Source of the DNA: the human T2T-CHM13v2.0 reference genome, Homo sapiens
Length of the DNA stretch: 64,000 nucleotides
Direction: 5' to 3' (one strand)
Assembly: GCF_009914755.1 (NCBI RefSeq)
Contig: NC_060939.1
In this document: piece after piece, positions 15,274 to 28,452 of the stretch
Layout: each line of letters begins with the position of its first letter
Numbering within the stretch: position 1 is the stretch's first letter
Notes under the pieces: generated by a model
The model's database searches: none
What the model saw: the letters and a program-made list of their open reading frames with translations, nothing else
Told to the model about the DNA's origin: nothing
Position numbers and translations under genes: made by a program

Positions 15274-15503
15274 AAGGGTTGGCAAACTTTTTCTATGAAG
15301 AGCCAGAGAGTCAACATTTTAGGCTTTGTGACACCATAGGCTTTGGGGTTTCTGTTGCAACCACTCGGCCCTGCTGTTGTAGCTTGAAAGCAGCCACAGA
15401 CAGTCTGCAAATGGAAGGGCGTGGCTATGTTCCAATAACACTGCGCTTTTCAAAACAGGTGAGGGGCTGGGTTTGGCCTGCAGGCTGTCGTTTGCCGACC
15501 CCT
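15274..15503. mobile_element. MER58A hAT-Charlie DNA transposon
   Basis: Terminal inverted repeats caagggttggcaaac ... gtttgccgacccctg. Confidence 0.85.
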
Positions 15504-15627
15504 GGCTCAGCACAGGGCCTGGCTAAGTGGGCACAATGGGTTTTTCATAAATGCCAGCCATTCTTCCAGCCTGGGGACAGCTCCTTGACATCAGTCTCCT
15601 TGTTCATTTGCTTTGTGTTTTTAACAG

Positions 15628-15834
15628 AATGTCGAGGTCTTGGCGAGCAGGAGCAACACTTCAGAGCAAGACCAGGCGGGGACTGAAATGCGCGTGAAGC
15701 TTCTGCAGGAGGAGAATGAGAAGCTGCAGGGAAGAAGCGAAGAGCTGGAGCGGAGAGTTGCTCAGCTTCAAAGGCAGATCGAGGACCTGAAAGGCGATGA
15801 AGCCAAGGCGAAGGAAACGCTGAAGAAGTACGAG
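15628..15834 (+). CDS. CGNL1: CGNL1 coding exon (probably exon 9), 207 nt, phase 0-0, NVEVLASRS...ETLKKYE
   Basis: Acceptor ttttaacag|AAT, donor GAG|gtgagg; heptad-rich E/K/Q/L frame (ORF track 15640-15894). Confidence 0.95.
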
Positions 15835-16351
15835 GTGAGGCTCGCTGGGCCCAGGCCCAGCTTTGGCAGCTGCTGCTCCTTCTTTCCTGTGTAAGTGATT
15901 TCAAAAGTGGGGAAGGGATTTATTGTCATGATGTAGTAGGAAAGGTCAAGGCAATAGTGAATACATCCTCTCTGCAAGCCATTTCTTTGTTCCCCTGGGA
16001 GTGGCATGACAGGGAGGCCAGGGAACAGGGACGGTGAGGTCAGGCGGGAACACAGGTCTAGGCACAGGAATCCCCACACACCCAGATACCAGACATACCC
16101 AGCCTTCCGTGGCTTCACACAGGCATCCACCTGAAAGGGCTGTCTTAACACCACCATTAGACCGATTCTCACTCAAGACTATTTATTCTTTTTTAACTCA
16201 TTGTTGATGTTTTTGAAGTGACACTGATTTTAACAAGCCAATTATCTGGTTGGCCAGACCTCTAGCAGTGGGAAGCTGTGACTGAGAGATGGCACACTCT
16301 CAGCAGTAGGAAAGGGCAGCTGACAATGAAAGAGGAGACACACGTGGTCAC

Positions 16352-16736
16352 TGCCTTAGTCTGTCCTGTGCTGCTATCATGGAATACCACACTGGGGTAA
16401 TTAAGGAAAAATAGAAATGTATTTCTCACAGTTCTGGAGGCTGAGAAGTCTAATATTAAGGTGCCAGCCTCTAGCGAGGGCCGTCCTTCTGTGTTGAAGT
16501 GTGAATGGCATCACATGGCAGAAGGGCAGAGGTGGAGTGGGGAACTGACTGGCCAGAGGGGGCCACACTTGTCCATTGACCAGGAACCTACTCCTGTGAT
16601 GACAGTTTGAGCCCATTCATAAGGGCAGAGCCCTCATGGCCTCATCACCCCCTAAAGGTCCCACCTTTTCATATCATTACAATGGCAATTAAACTTTCAA
16701 CACATGCTTTTTGGGGGACACATTCAAAGCATAGCA
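16352..16736 (-). mobile_element. MST/MLT1A-type MaLR solo LTR
   Basis: TG...CA termini; tttctcacagttctggaggctgagaagtc; gggcagagccctcatggcct; near-perfect TSD GTCAC/GTCAT. Confidence 0.85.
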
Positions 16737-16863
16737 GTCATCCATCAGGACCACCTGGATACCTTTTATAAAACTGTGTGTGTGGGGGTCCATTCAATAC
16801 CTACTGTTTTCAGATCTCCAGGAATAAGGCCAGATATTTCTATTAAAAAAAAAAAAATACCCC

Positions 16864-17008
16864 AGCTGGGCATGGTGGCTCATGCCTGTAATTCCAGCTA
16901 CTTGGGAGGCTGAGAGGTGGGAGGGAGGATCACTTGAGCCCAGGAGTTCATGACCAGCCAGAGCAATATAGTGAGACCCTGTCTCTAAAAAAATAAAAAA
17001 TAAAAAAT
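16864..17008 (+). mobile_element. FLAM / Alu monomer
   Basis: Single Alu arm (ggatcacttgagcccaggagttc) with an A tail. Confidence 0.85.
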
Positions 17009-17238
17009 CACCCGAGATAATGTGGATGTTCACACCTGGCTGAGAACTGGAACTGCAGATAAACACACGCATCCAAGAACACGGCTGTTGTGTGCCACCT
17101 TGGGTCTGTGACAGGTGCATTGTGACCATAGCCACTGCCATATCTATGGGTGTCTTCGGTGTTCATTTAATTCCATTGAGTCAGTTTCATAGGTACAGCA
17201 CACATCTAAGTGCACACTGACCCAGTGTTTCATTGTAG

Positions 17239-17343
17239 GGAGAAATACGACAGTTAGAGGAGGCCCTTGTGCACGCCAGAAAGGAAGAAAAAGAAGCTGT
17301 GTCAGCCAGAAGGGCCCTGGAGAATGAACTGGAGGCTGCTCAG
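17239..17343 (+). CDS. CGNL1: CGNL1 coding exon (probably exon 10), 105 nt, phase 0-0, GEIRQLEEALVHARKEEKEAVSARRALENELEAAQ
   Basis: Acceptor ttcattgtag|GGA, donor CAG|gtaaac; coiled-coil translation read by hand (not in the ORF track). Confidence 0.95.
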
Positions 17344-17499
17344 GTAAACACCAAGGGCTGTTGTCATTACTCCCTCAAGAAGAATGCATAGAGACGCAAC
17401 ACCAGAGGGATGTGTGGAGATTGTCCTTGGCCCTCTCTTTCCATGTAGCTCCCTTTCACCCATAATAACCACTCAGTTATTTGAACTATCCGTCTAGAC

Positions 17500-17699
17500 C
17501 AGCGATTCTCAACTGGGGGGGATTTGGTAATGCCTGAAGACAATTTTGGTTGTCACAACTGGAGAGATGCTACTGGCGCCTCGTGGGTGGAAAACAGGGA
17601 TAGGGATGCTGTTAAACATCCTATGAAGCACAGGACAGCCCCCACTGCAAAGAATGATCAGGCCCCAAATGTCAGTAATGCGAAGGCGGAGAGCCCTCC
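17500..17699. mobile_element. MER20 hAT-Charlie DNA transposon
   Basis: cagcgattctcaactgggg...ttttggttgtcacaactgg...ggatgctgttaaacatccta; 8-bp TSD GTCTAGAC/GTTTAGAC. Confidence 0.88.
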
Positions 17700-20113
17700 G
17701 TTTAGACGTTAAAGAGCTTGACAGCTTTCCAAAGATAAAATATGAGTGGTGTGAGAAGGCCGGCAGGACTGGCCTCCGAGGCGGTGTGGAGTCTGCTTTC
17801 TGGCAGAAGCCAATTTCCTTTCTCCTGTGGGCAAATGCACTCTATAGAGTACATTCCTTCAGGATGGCTATTCAGAGAGGCAGGAGGAAGTCATTTCCTT
17901 GAAACTGGATAGCTATCGCTATTCAAAATCAGTAGGTTCTTAGAAAATTAGATTTTCCCATTTGAAGTACATTCTCAAGAAAGGCCTGTACTGCCGTTCT
18001 GATTGACTTTGCACAGTGACCTCCGGGTGATGCAGGTGTGTCCTTCTCCTGTTGGCTCTCGGGATGCTGCTTAAGTATCTCAGGTGAGTTTCTGAGGAGG
18101 TAGAAGCCAGTGTTTTTGAGAGTTGTCTAAGAGGAAGGTTGTTAAAGTTTTCCATTCCGGACCCACTTGTAGTCAGGGATAGGTGAAGTGGGGGCATTAA
18201 AAGTGTTAAGAGCCGAGTCAGGTTCAGATTTGTAAATGCCTTGTTGCAGCTTTCCTGGAGGGTGTTCAGCTTCATCTCCTAGAGTATAGAGGAGAGGAAG
18301 GATTCCCACAGGTCAGCCTAGCTTGGGGACTCTCCCCCAAAATCAGAAGCCTGTGCCTTCTCCTACTCTTGGGACAAAACTCGTGTTTGCGTATAGTAAA
18401 GTCCCAATTTTTCCTGAGTTCAATGTCTGACTGCCTTCACTTTGGATTTTTTTTATTTCTTTAAATCTAGATCTTCATTACAAAATCTTGTGGGGTTGAT
18501 TTTGTGTGGATGGCACTTTTGCTGTGCTGCTGTTTAAAGCTTAGGTTGGTTACTGTTACCCAACCTGGCTGCCAGAGTGTGGGGTTTAAATTTGTGAGCT
18601 GGTTGGGGGGCAGAAAGAAAGGAAACATATTTGTACTCTATAGGGATAAACATCTCTACCTTCATGGTATGTCCACACCAAGTCCCCGGTGCAGCTATGG
18701 GTCTCTCAGAACCTTTCCTTTGGTCAAACAGGAACTTTTCACACATACGGAAGTGGTTCCCCTGCTGGGAATCTGCGCTCATAGTGAATTCAGTGCACAG
18801 AACAGGTGATGGCCTTGGGGCCTGAAGATCTTAATGTAATCCCCACCCACCCCCATCTGTGGATCTCTAGCCTTGTCTTGGAAATTATCCCTGACATGTT
18901 ACTTTTGTTGAGGCCTGTTTTCCCAGTGGTGTGGGGATGGTGAGAGTGCTTCATGCAGTGTGTGGCCGTGTTAGCCACTGGCAGTGCAGCTGGCAAGAAT
19001 TAAAAATGGGCCTGACAGTTTCACTCTCTTTACCTGAATTATCTGGTCTTAAAAATAATGCCATGAAAAAAGCACCATCGCTCTGAAATACTTTGTTTTC
19101 TTTAAAATTGGAAACCAGATAGTCAGCTCCTTTTGTTTGGTTACTCTTTCTGTGCACCTCTCGTCCTTGAAGCTGGCAACTCAAAGGGACCTTAGCCCTT
19201 GAGGAAAGAAAAAAGTAACTGGTGTTTTTCTCAGTCTTTGTGCTATTGGTCTATTGCATCTTCACGTATGATAAATAGATTTCTTTACATAGTAGCTGAA
19301 GACGCTGGTAAATTTATGTCTGATTTACCATGACTCAGTTAAAAAGTAGCAGAGGGGCATAAAGATGCTGTTCTTGGTTAGCTCAATGCCCTACCGCTTG
19401 CTTCAGGACTGTGTTGCTATCTAGGGCTACTGGAACTGCACTTAAGGCAAGGCATCTATGTTTCTATTTTAAAGTGCCTTCTGCAGATGGGGAAGTAAAG
19501 AAGCCTTTGCTGGAGAAACCACAGTTCTTTCCTTCAGGAGGGGATAACAGTGCATACGTTATTCCTAGGGCTTTCCCTCCCACCCCATTGGACTTTTGAG
19601 TATTGAGACAACCAAGGAAAAAGGGCCCAAGGCTTGCACTGTTGCAGCCCACAGACACTGAGTGGCAGGGACTCCAAGAAGACCAACTTCCTTCTGGTTA
19701 AGCTGCCCATTCCTTGACACCCATAGGCTCACCTGCAACTTGTTTGTCATTAATATGAGCCAATTGGGACATCAATCATAGGGTAAAATCTGCGTCTGTT
19801 GACAGATAATGGTCCCTGAGCTCAAGGACACTCACCCTACATCTACCCGTGTTGCGCCTCAGATTCTCCAACCTGATATATTTTCCCTAAATTTTCATCT
19901 CATTATTCATTGATGAGCTTGTATTCCTGGCCTCGGAAATAGAGTCTCTGTAGCTACAGAGCGTTTCACTCCTGATACTGTCCACATGAAGGGTCGGAAA
20001 AATGCAAAGTTGCCATGTTTGCTTTTTTTCATGTGAATTTGGGACGTTTTCTCAGCAGTGACCTATTGGAACATATGTCTTGAATTATGGAGGAGGAAGA
20101 CCGTTGTTCTAAA

Positions 20114-20280
20114 CAGTGTTTCTAAACCTTAGTACATGTTAGAATTATCTGGGGAGCTTTCAAATGCAAATGATTATGGGCCCCATGCTAAGAAAAATTG
20201 TGATTCCATCAGAAAAAGCTAGAATCTATATTTTAAGTACAGACACCCCATCCTTGCTTGGTGATTCTAACATAAGAAGC
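20114..20280. mobile_element. MER5-type DNA transposon fragment
   Basis: cagtgtttctaaacctt...ttagaattatctggggagcttt...ggtgattct. Confidence 0.6.
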
Positions 20281-22334
20281 CTTGGGATCACTTTTGGGGA
20301 TAGGCATTCATTTTTAATAGCTAAGTGTTTATCATATGCCTAATAGTGAACATACCCAGATAGACAGAAAGTCTCTCCCTTGCCTTTACGGAGCTTACTA
20401 CCTTGCAAAAGAGGCAAGCATATAAGAAATAATTTAAAAATAATGTAGCAAATCTATTCTTCTAGGCAATGTGTGTGTGCTGGGGTGGCAGGTGTTGGCA
20501 GGCCCTAGGCCCAGAGTGGTGAGTCTGTGGTGTCTTTTGTGGTTCAGGAGAAAGAGCCAGGCAGCCCTGCCTGAGCCAAGAGTGGAGCAGAAATGCATGC
20601 ACGAACCACATGGAGGCTGAGTAGAGCTGGGTTGGCTTGTCTGCTGCCTGGAGCCCTTGGGATTGGGGTCTAAGAGGAGGAGAAAGGCTGGGGGATTCCT
20701 TTGGGGAGGGGGTTGAGTTGGATCCTGAAGGTTCTACAGGAAGCCATTGGGGGCCCTCTGTATTTGTTGTTTTCACAGATTGACGTTTTTTGGGACATGT
20801 GTTTTGAGGGTTTTGTCCCATACCATACCTCACTGGTTCTATAACTCCTCCTCACCCTTTGCCCCAACACTGCTAAATCATCGATCAACAGAAACCCCAG
20901 GTTTGACCCTGCTTCTGGTGGGTGCCCAGCAGCAGCTGTGCTGGAGCACACTACTGCTAATTCCCCCCCACACTGAACTTCTGATTACCTTTCTTTTTGC
21001 CACCATCTTTTCCCCAGCAGCTTTTGTTAACCTTGGTTCTCTGCAGCAATTAACTTCAGCAGGTCGGCCACGTTGGCTGCTTCTCAAAGTGCAGCCAGCC
21101 CAACAGAGCCCAGGGACCGGAAGGCCGCTATGGGTCGTGTTTTAGCCCCACATCACATGGTTGGCAGAGCAGATCTGTTCCTATGCTCTGCAAACCAGGA
21201 GAGTCCGAAGTGATTTGGAATGTTTTCAAGATCCTGAGTTACTGCCTGTGGCAGCAGCTTGTAAACTGTTAAGCACTGTACAAATATAAACCATTGTTCT
21301 TGTGCAGTCACTGCAGGGACACAAGACTGGGTAGGCCCTGAGCTGTTTCTGTAGTGGCCCAGTCAGCCCTCGGTGCCTGACAACGTTTTCGAGATGATCC
21401 AGTCTGTGTTTGAGTCAGGTTGCTCTGTTCCGAGTTGTGCGTCTTCTTATTATCCTTGTACCTATGGCCCTAATGCTTAGCCATTTAAAGAAGCCACCAT
21501 AACTTTCCTATAATATTTTAGGATTTTATTCTGGAATTGCATGTTGTTTACATAAAGAACATAAGTCTGTGTGACTTTGTGAGATGAGAGCCTCAGGGGA
21601 ACTAAGGGGAGTATTGCACTCAAGATAGTTGTATTTTATGGTAGGCACTAGTATTTGGTGCTGATTCAATCAACAACCACCTACCTGGCTAGTATTTTAT
21701 CTGAGTAGTGTCTCTTCCATTTAACACCTTCTGTTCATCAAGTTCACCAACCTGTGTGTTTCCAAATTCCTTTTTGCCTGTGTCTGAGTCCAATTCATGG
21801 ATTCTGTTGATGACAACTGCCTTTACCCAAATGGACCTTTGTTCTGTGGGGTAGTGTTCTCTTAGCGATTCATTTTTAGTTATTCTAACTGTAAGAACCA
21901 TCTGCATAGCATAGTAAATACTGGAACATTAGGTGTGATGCTGTGTGTCACAGGATATAAATTGCCAAGTAGGTTTAGATTGTTGTAATGTATAACTTGA
22001 CCTCGAATTTCAAGCATGAACATTCAGGTTTTCAGACACCATCCTGAATTCCCACCACCAGCAGCCTTGGCCATGTATTTCTGTAGCACGTTGTTTGTCT
22101 GCCCCTTCATTCCTGTGGATGTTTTTGGGTAAGTCAACTTTCCTATTTGGTCCTTGAATTTCAGAACCAACAATGCCCTTCTATCTCTGACAGCTTTATT
22201 TTGATCTTCTTCCTCATCACGGATTTAACAGATCTGATTGCTTTGCAGTGTGACTATGAAGTTCCCTGTGCCACCCGTTCCTGTGGCTACCTGGTTAGTA
22301 GGTGACAGCACTGTCCTTTCCCTGCCATTTGCAG

Positions 22335-22487
22335 GGAAATCTGAGTCAGACTACCCAGGAGCAGAAGCAGTTGTCTGAGAAGCTCAAAGAGGAGAGTGAG
22401 CAGAAGGAGCAGCTAAGAAGGTTGAAGAACGAGATGGAGAATGAGCGGTGGCACCTGGGCAAAACCATTGAGAAACTGCAGAAGGAG
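22335..22487 (+). CDS. CGNL1: CGNL1 coding exon (probably exon 11), 153 nt, phase 0-0, GNLSQTTQEQ...IEKLQKE
   Basis: Acceptor catttgcag|GGA, donor GAG|gtgagg; ORF track 22302-22553. Confidence 0.95.
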
Positions 22488-23023
22488 GTGAGGGGCTGGA
22501 GGAGGAAAGAGGAAGTAGGGCCAGATGTCTTTGTTGGACCCAGTCCCCTCTGAGGGTCTGGTGAAAGCCTGGGAAACCTGCAGTAGGTCTAAGCACAAAA
22601 GTGTCAGGGATTTGCAGATCCCAAGAGGCAGCTCTTTGGATTTGTTGAAAAGATAGAAACTGGTCTAGAAAACATTAATGCCAGTACCCTCTGGATTCTG
22701 GGCACCAGAATCACCTCTTAACAGTTAGTAGAAGAAGGCTGTGTGTCAGTGCAGATGGAACCAATGTTGAGTGAATCAGAATCGACATCTCTGTGCAGAG
22801 TCTCTACCTTTGCATCTCTATTGCTTGTCCAGGAGTGTGAAAGGCAGCTTCAGAGCTCAGTAGCTGCTGCTCTTTCTCTTTATGTCTGCCCCACCATACC
22901 CAGAAGGGGTAAAGGCACAAAGCTGGCAGGCTTTCTGTATTCTGGGAGTTGACACGAGTGTCTGCTGTTTTCTGACATGTATTATGTACCAGGCACTTTA
23001 CTAACTATTTTGTTTCTAACTAG

Positions 23024-23064
23024 AATTTTATCTGTATCTGCTGATAAAATTTTATCTGTATCTG
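23024..23064. repeat. Short direct duplication AATTTTATCTGTATCTG x2, period 24 bp
   Basis: Identical 17-mers at 23024-23040 and 23048-23064. Confidence 0.9.
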
Positions 23065-23426
23065 TGGATACTAATTCTGACAACAACCCTGTAAGGTAGA
23101 TATGATTTCAGTGTTTCCAGTGTGGACATGGCCAGGGCCCAGAGAGGTTAACGACGTGCCCCAGTCATGTACTGGTAAGTGGCACAGCAGCCCTAGGACC
23201 CTGAGGCTGTGTGCCTGGCTCCAAAGGACGTGCCTGCTCACTCCTCCATGCTGCTTCCAAGTCACAGGTGCCCACACCTGGCTGACTCAGGATCAGGTGC
23301 TGGGCCATCTTTGAGGGGGCCATAGAAGAAAGGGAGAAGAGGAGATGTGCTGTGTGTTGAAATGGGACCCAGACCCTGGTCTCAGAGCATCCCAGGGTGG
23401 GCTCACACCCGTGTCACTTCTTCTAG

Positions 23427-23597
23427 ATGGCAGACATTGTTGAGGCCTCCCGTACCTCAACCCTGGAGCTCCAGAACCAGCTGGATGAGTATAAGGAGAA
23501 AAACCGCAGGGAGCTCGCAGAAATGCAAAGACAGTTGAAGGAGAAAACGCTGGAGGCAGAAAAGTCCCGACTGACAGCCATGAAAATGCAGGATGAG
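23427..23597 (+). CDS. CGNL1: CGNL1 coding exon (probably exon 12), 171 nt, phase 0-0, MADIVEASRT...MKMQDE
   Basis: Acceptor cttcttctag|ATG, donor GAG|gtaatg. Confidence 0.95.
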
Positions 23598-26500
23598 GTA
23601 ATGCCTGGCCAGATAAGTTCTTCCTTTATCCCTTATTCAAAGTATCCTTTGCCCTGAAAGTCTTCTGTGAGGGACTTGGGGGTAGATTCGTGAGACAGCT
23701 TTGGTGCTTGACTGTTCATTCTTCACCTTCTGGATGGGTTCCGTGGGCAAATGGCATTCTGGAGCACAAAGGACCCACCGGCGGACTGTGAGGCTAAATG
23801 GACACAGCTTTAACCTGACCATTTTCTTGATGAATCTATAATTTTTTGCCTAAAATGTTTAGCTGCCATTTATGGAGCAGCCATGATGTGCCCAGCTGTG
23901 TCCAGATGATTTATTTATATGCTTTCATGTTTTAATTTAATCCTAGAATAGGGATTACAGTAACTGACTGTTTTTTGGCCATTGATTTTTGAAAATACAG
24001 ACTTTTATTGGCATGAGGGTGGCGGACAAGAGTTTCACAACAACAATAATGGCGAGTAAAAGAAATCCTCAGGAATTTATGAGTATTGAAATGATTAAAA
24101 CATTCGTTTTATATTTAAGAATAATTGAGCAAAGAAACCCAAATGCTAGCTCCCTTCAGGCTTGGCCTCTCAAGAACTGAGAAAAAGAAAGGGGATGTTT
24201 TTGATTGTTTTAATGGAAAGCCGGAGGCTTCAAAATGTAAGCACAGCCTATGCTGATTTCTAGCTATACCTCTTGCCAACTGGGTCACCTTGAGCAACTT
24301 AACCCCAGTTTTCTGAGCATATGTTTCTACCTCTTTAAAAATATACCAAATATTAGTGACTTAATTAAATGAGTTAATATGTGAGACTGTGTAGCAGCGA
24401 GTCTGTACATCCCGGACACTTCATAAATATTAATTTCCTTTTCTTTAATTTTAGGGGCTTATTTTTCATGAACAGTGCCGAGAGCACCAAGATTCCACAG
24501 GAAAACATTTTTTTCTTTAAAAAACAAACTTTAATTTCTTTGATGATCAAAGAAAAGTCACCCATGAGTCAGTGCTGAAACTGTGTAAAAGAACAATAGA
24601 TATTTATTGCAGGCTTCTAGAACACTCTTGAAAGGCCCCTGATAATGGATCCCCTTTGGCTCAGGGTTATGTGATACAGGACTCCAAGTAAGCAGTGAAA
24701 TTAGCGCACTGACATCACAGTTCTCTTTGGTATTAAAAAAAAAAAAATCACATTCATTACTACAGCACAGAGGCAGAAGGATTCAGGTATCTGCCAGAAC
24801 ACCAACAAGCACCTGGTCTGATTTGACTTCAGAAGATCACAGTGTCACAATGACCCCTGAAAAGTACTTCCCGTTGCGTTGTATATAATGATTTTTATGA
24901 TAGAATCCTTGGGTTGGAAAGAAACATAGAGATCCTCTAGTTAGATAAGGAAACTGAGGTCCAGAGAGACTAGTTAAGGCCAGATGGAGACCAGTATTGT
25001 TTATAAAAGAGCAGTCCTTCCAAAACAAAAAAAAAAAAAGGATTCCTTGCAAGGAAAATAAAGATGGCCCTTCCTGGATTTTTCTCACTGATGCAGCCCT
25101 GTGAGACACTGTTTCCATGTGAGCAACAGACATGGACACCTCATCATTCTGCAGGGAAACTGCAGTGAGATACCACCCTTGACTAAGTTGGTAGAGTGAT
25201 GGAGTTGTTTAAAACAAAAGTGAATTAACAAGCCAAGGTCTCTCTGGATCCTTAAAAAACTCAGGCTCAACTCTGTTCACTGCCCCTCTGCTTGTGTTTT
25301 GATTGAGCTGGTTGAAGATCTTGGTTAAAAAAAAACCCCAAAAGCTACAGGAGTCCGTTCTAAGTGCTGTAATAGTGGCTGCCTTTGCTTTGAGAGAAAT
25401 AGGCATTTTTCACCCATTCTACCTCTGATAAGCATGATCTTTAGAGAATCGAGACTTAGTGATTACCATTGTTCAGTTTATTTTCTACATCTCTTTTAGC
25501 AAAGGGTGATTTTAACTACTTAAAGGTAGCACTAGGAAGTTCAAAAGTTGTTTGCTTGCTTATGATTCAGGATACATTGTTCACAGACACCATGCTAGTT
25601 AATCTCTTCTGCCGGCCCTCGTCAAGGACTCTGAGTATGATGGGGCCCTTACCGGGTGTTAGGAGGGACCTGCTGGGTGTGGAAGGTGGGGCTGTGCTGA
25701 GCAGTGGAGGAGGGCACGCTGGGCATTGGGAAGGGGGACAGGAAGGAAACGCAGGCTGCACATTTGCCTGTCATTCTTTCTGACCCTCACACTCATGTTC
25801 TTTCTGGGTATCATCTCATTTGATTCTCATAGTAGCTTTAGAAGGCTGATTTTATAATTATCCCAATTTTGTGAATGAGGAAACTGAGTCATAGAGCGTT
25901 TTTGTTTTTTGTTTTTTTAACGCTCTGGAATATAGCACATCCTCTGTATCCAGAAAATGTCCCATCACTGTTTTCCATGGGGTGATTTTCATTCTGTGCT
26001 TTCATGTACTTTCTGTCATGGTAACCACTAAAACCAGATGTGGGTCTTCATCTGGAGATGTCATCTTCAAGGCTAGGCTGTTCTCTTAGAAATGCCCAGT
26101 GCTCCTGTCAGCCTCCCAGAGAAGAACACATTTCCTCAAGCTTTTCCACGGGTTCTCCAAAGCTGTCCTCAACTACTGGGGCTTTCCAACTCTTCTGTGC
26201 CAGACACTGCAGAAGGGTGGCATTCTGTAGCGGAGATGGCCATTCACTTTCATATACTCTGAAGGAAACAGACCCCCTGGTGTATTATTCTATTCATGAG
26301 ACTAGCTCTACTCAATACTAGTACCAACTCCAAGAGGGTAGGACACTTAGAACAAAGCAGACAGCCTGCGGCTTCACCAGATCAGCCCACACAGATGTTT
26401 AAGGAAGACCTGCTGTGCCCTGAGCTGGCTGGTCTCCCCAGGGAGCTTCTAGAGAAGTTCAAGACACTGACTGGCCCTTGTGAATCAAGCTGTTTTGTCT

Positions 26501-26823
26501 GTTGCGCTTTCTTCAAAGCTGTTAGTTGAGTGCCACCTTGTGGATGGAAAAAACAACAACATTATAAATTAAGCTAGCTAATCATGTTCTTCTACAAAGC
26601 AGTGGCTTTCCCTAATGTGCCTGTGTATGTTGTTAGGTTTTTTGCCAGTAGGTTGCTTTGCGGTCATTAATTCAGTTGTGTGTTCTTTTTCACTGAGTTG
26701 AAACCTCTTTTGAGGTGACAGTGATACAGGTAGACAATAAATTACCCCCTGGGAAACATGTATTTAGTTAAGGGGCTCTCGAGAGGTTTTAACATGACCT
26801 AGTAAAAACGACATTTTGCATTC

Positions 26824-27124
26824 AGCTGAGCACGGTGGCTCATGCCTGCAATCCCAATACTTTGGGAGACTGAGGCGGGCATCACCTGAGTTGAGAAGTT
26901 CGAGACCAGCCTGGCCACCATGGTGAAGCTCCATCTGTACTAAAAATACAAAAATTAGCTCAGTGTGGTGGCATGCACCTGTAATCCCAGCTACTTGGGA
27001 GGCTGAGGCAGGAGAATTGTTTGAACTCAGGAGATGGAGGCTGCAGTTAGCCAAGATCGCACCACTGCACACCAGCCTGGGCAACAAAGCAAGACTCCAT
27101 CTCAAAAAAAAAAGACAAAAAAAA
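26824..27124 (+). mobile_element. Alu (AluS-type)
   Basis: Full dimer with A tail. Confidence 0.95.
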
Positions 27125-27500
27125 ACTATATCTTGCAACCCAGGAATACACGCATCTGCACAAATATATGAATGTCTAGCACAAAAGATTTGCAAATCAA
27201 TATTTGCTAATACTCTGCTATTTTTTTCTGTTCTATTTAATTAAAAAATGCTGGTCAATATCTACCAAATAGAATTTGTAACCTAATAGGTTGCTGCCTG
27301 TAGCTGGAAAACCTCCTCTTTTTACAAAAAGGAAAGTAAGGCCCAGAGGGAGGTAGGACTTGCTCAAGGTCTTCTGATCTCCCATATTGTGGGAGTCCAG
27401 CTGATCTTCCTTTTGGTGGGGTCAGCCTGTGCACTGTCTGTGGAGGTCTCTATGCTCTTGATGCACCCCAGAAAACCATCCCAGCTGTCTCTCCTCCTAG

Positions 27501-27662
27501 ATGCGTCTGATGGAGGAAGAGTTACGGGACTACCAGAGAGCTCAGGATGAAGCACTCACAAAAAGGCAGCTTCTGGAGCAGACGCTGAAGGACCTGGAGT
27601 ATGAGCTGGAAGCCAAGAGTCACCTCAAAGATGACCGCAGCAGGCTGGTCAAGCAGATGGAG
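27501..27662 (+). CDS. CGNL1: CGNL1 coding exon (probably exon 13), 162 nt, phase 0-0, MRLMEEELRD...LVKQME
   Basis: Acceptor ctcctcctag|ATG, donor GAG|gtctgt. Confidence 0.95.
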
Positions 27663-28404
27663 GTCTGTGGGCCGTACAGTGTGAGCTGGGGGACCTGCAG
27701 AGAGCGAGGCTGGGCCACGAGAGAAGCAGCCTCTTTGCTCTCAGCTCAGCCTTTGGGAAGTCTTGGATTTTTATTCTCTCCCACAGCTGGGTGTAGTGAG
27801 GTTATTTCTTGATTGAAGGAAGGGGCCAGTCATTTATAGACTCAGGACATCAGAGCTAGAAGGAATGATGGATATAAATTAGTCTAACATTCTCATTGTC
27901 TTGAGAGGAAATGGAACAGATTCTCAGGGACATTAGGTGATTTTGCCTAAGGGCACAGATAGTTCCTTTTCTGTTTGTTCTTTGGGGCAGTGCTTCCAGC
28001 TAACTAGAAGGAACCAGACTGCTGCATGTCCAGAGAGGAGCCTCCTAGGAATCATCATTCTTCATTTGCCACACCACATTCTCCATTCTTGCTTCCTGTT
28101 TCTGGCCCATTTTCCCTTAGAGGTTATTGGGCTTTGCCAGAGCTCGCAGCACACTGTGGCTCAATTTACTGTGGTATACATAGTATGTACATAGTCCAAG
28201 ACAGCATATCAGAAAGTGCTGAATGCACTCACCAGATGGGGGTGATCTAGTCACAAGCTGAAAACACCACATATTAGAAAAATGTAAATGAAGTAACAGA
28301 ATCTAAGTGTGAACAGTTCACTGAGGTTGACAAGAAGAACCTTAGAATCACTCCATCTGAACTTTTAAAAAAGAATAATTCTTAGGAGCAAAACTAACCC
28401 CCAG

Positions 28405-28406
<2 letters not shown>

Positions 28407-28450
<44 letters not shown>
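28407..28450. repeat. (AC)n microsatellite
   Basis: 22 perfect AC units. Confidence 0.97.
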
Positions 28451-28452
<2 letters not shown>

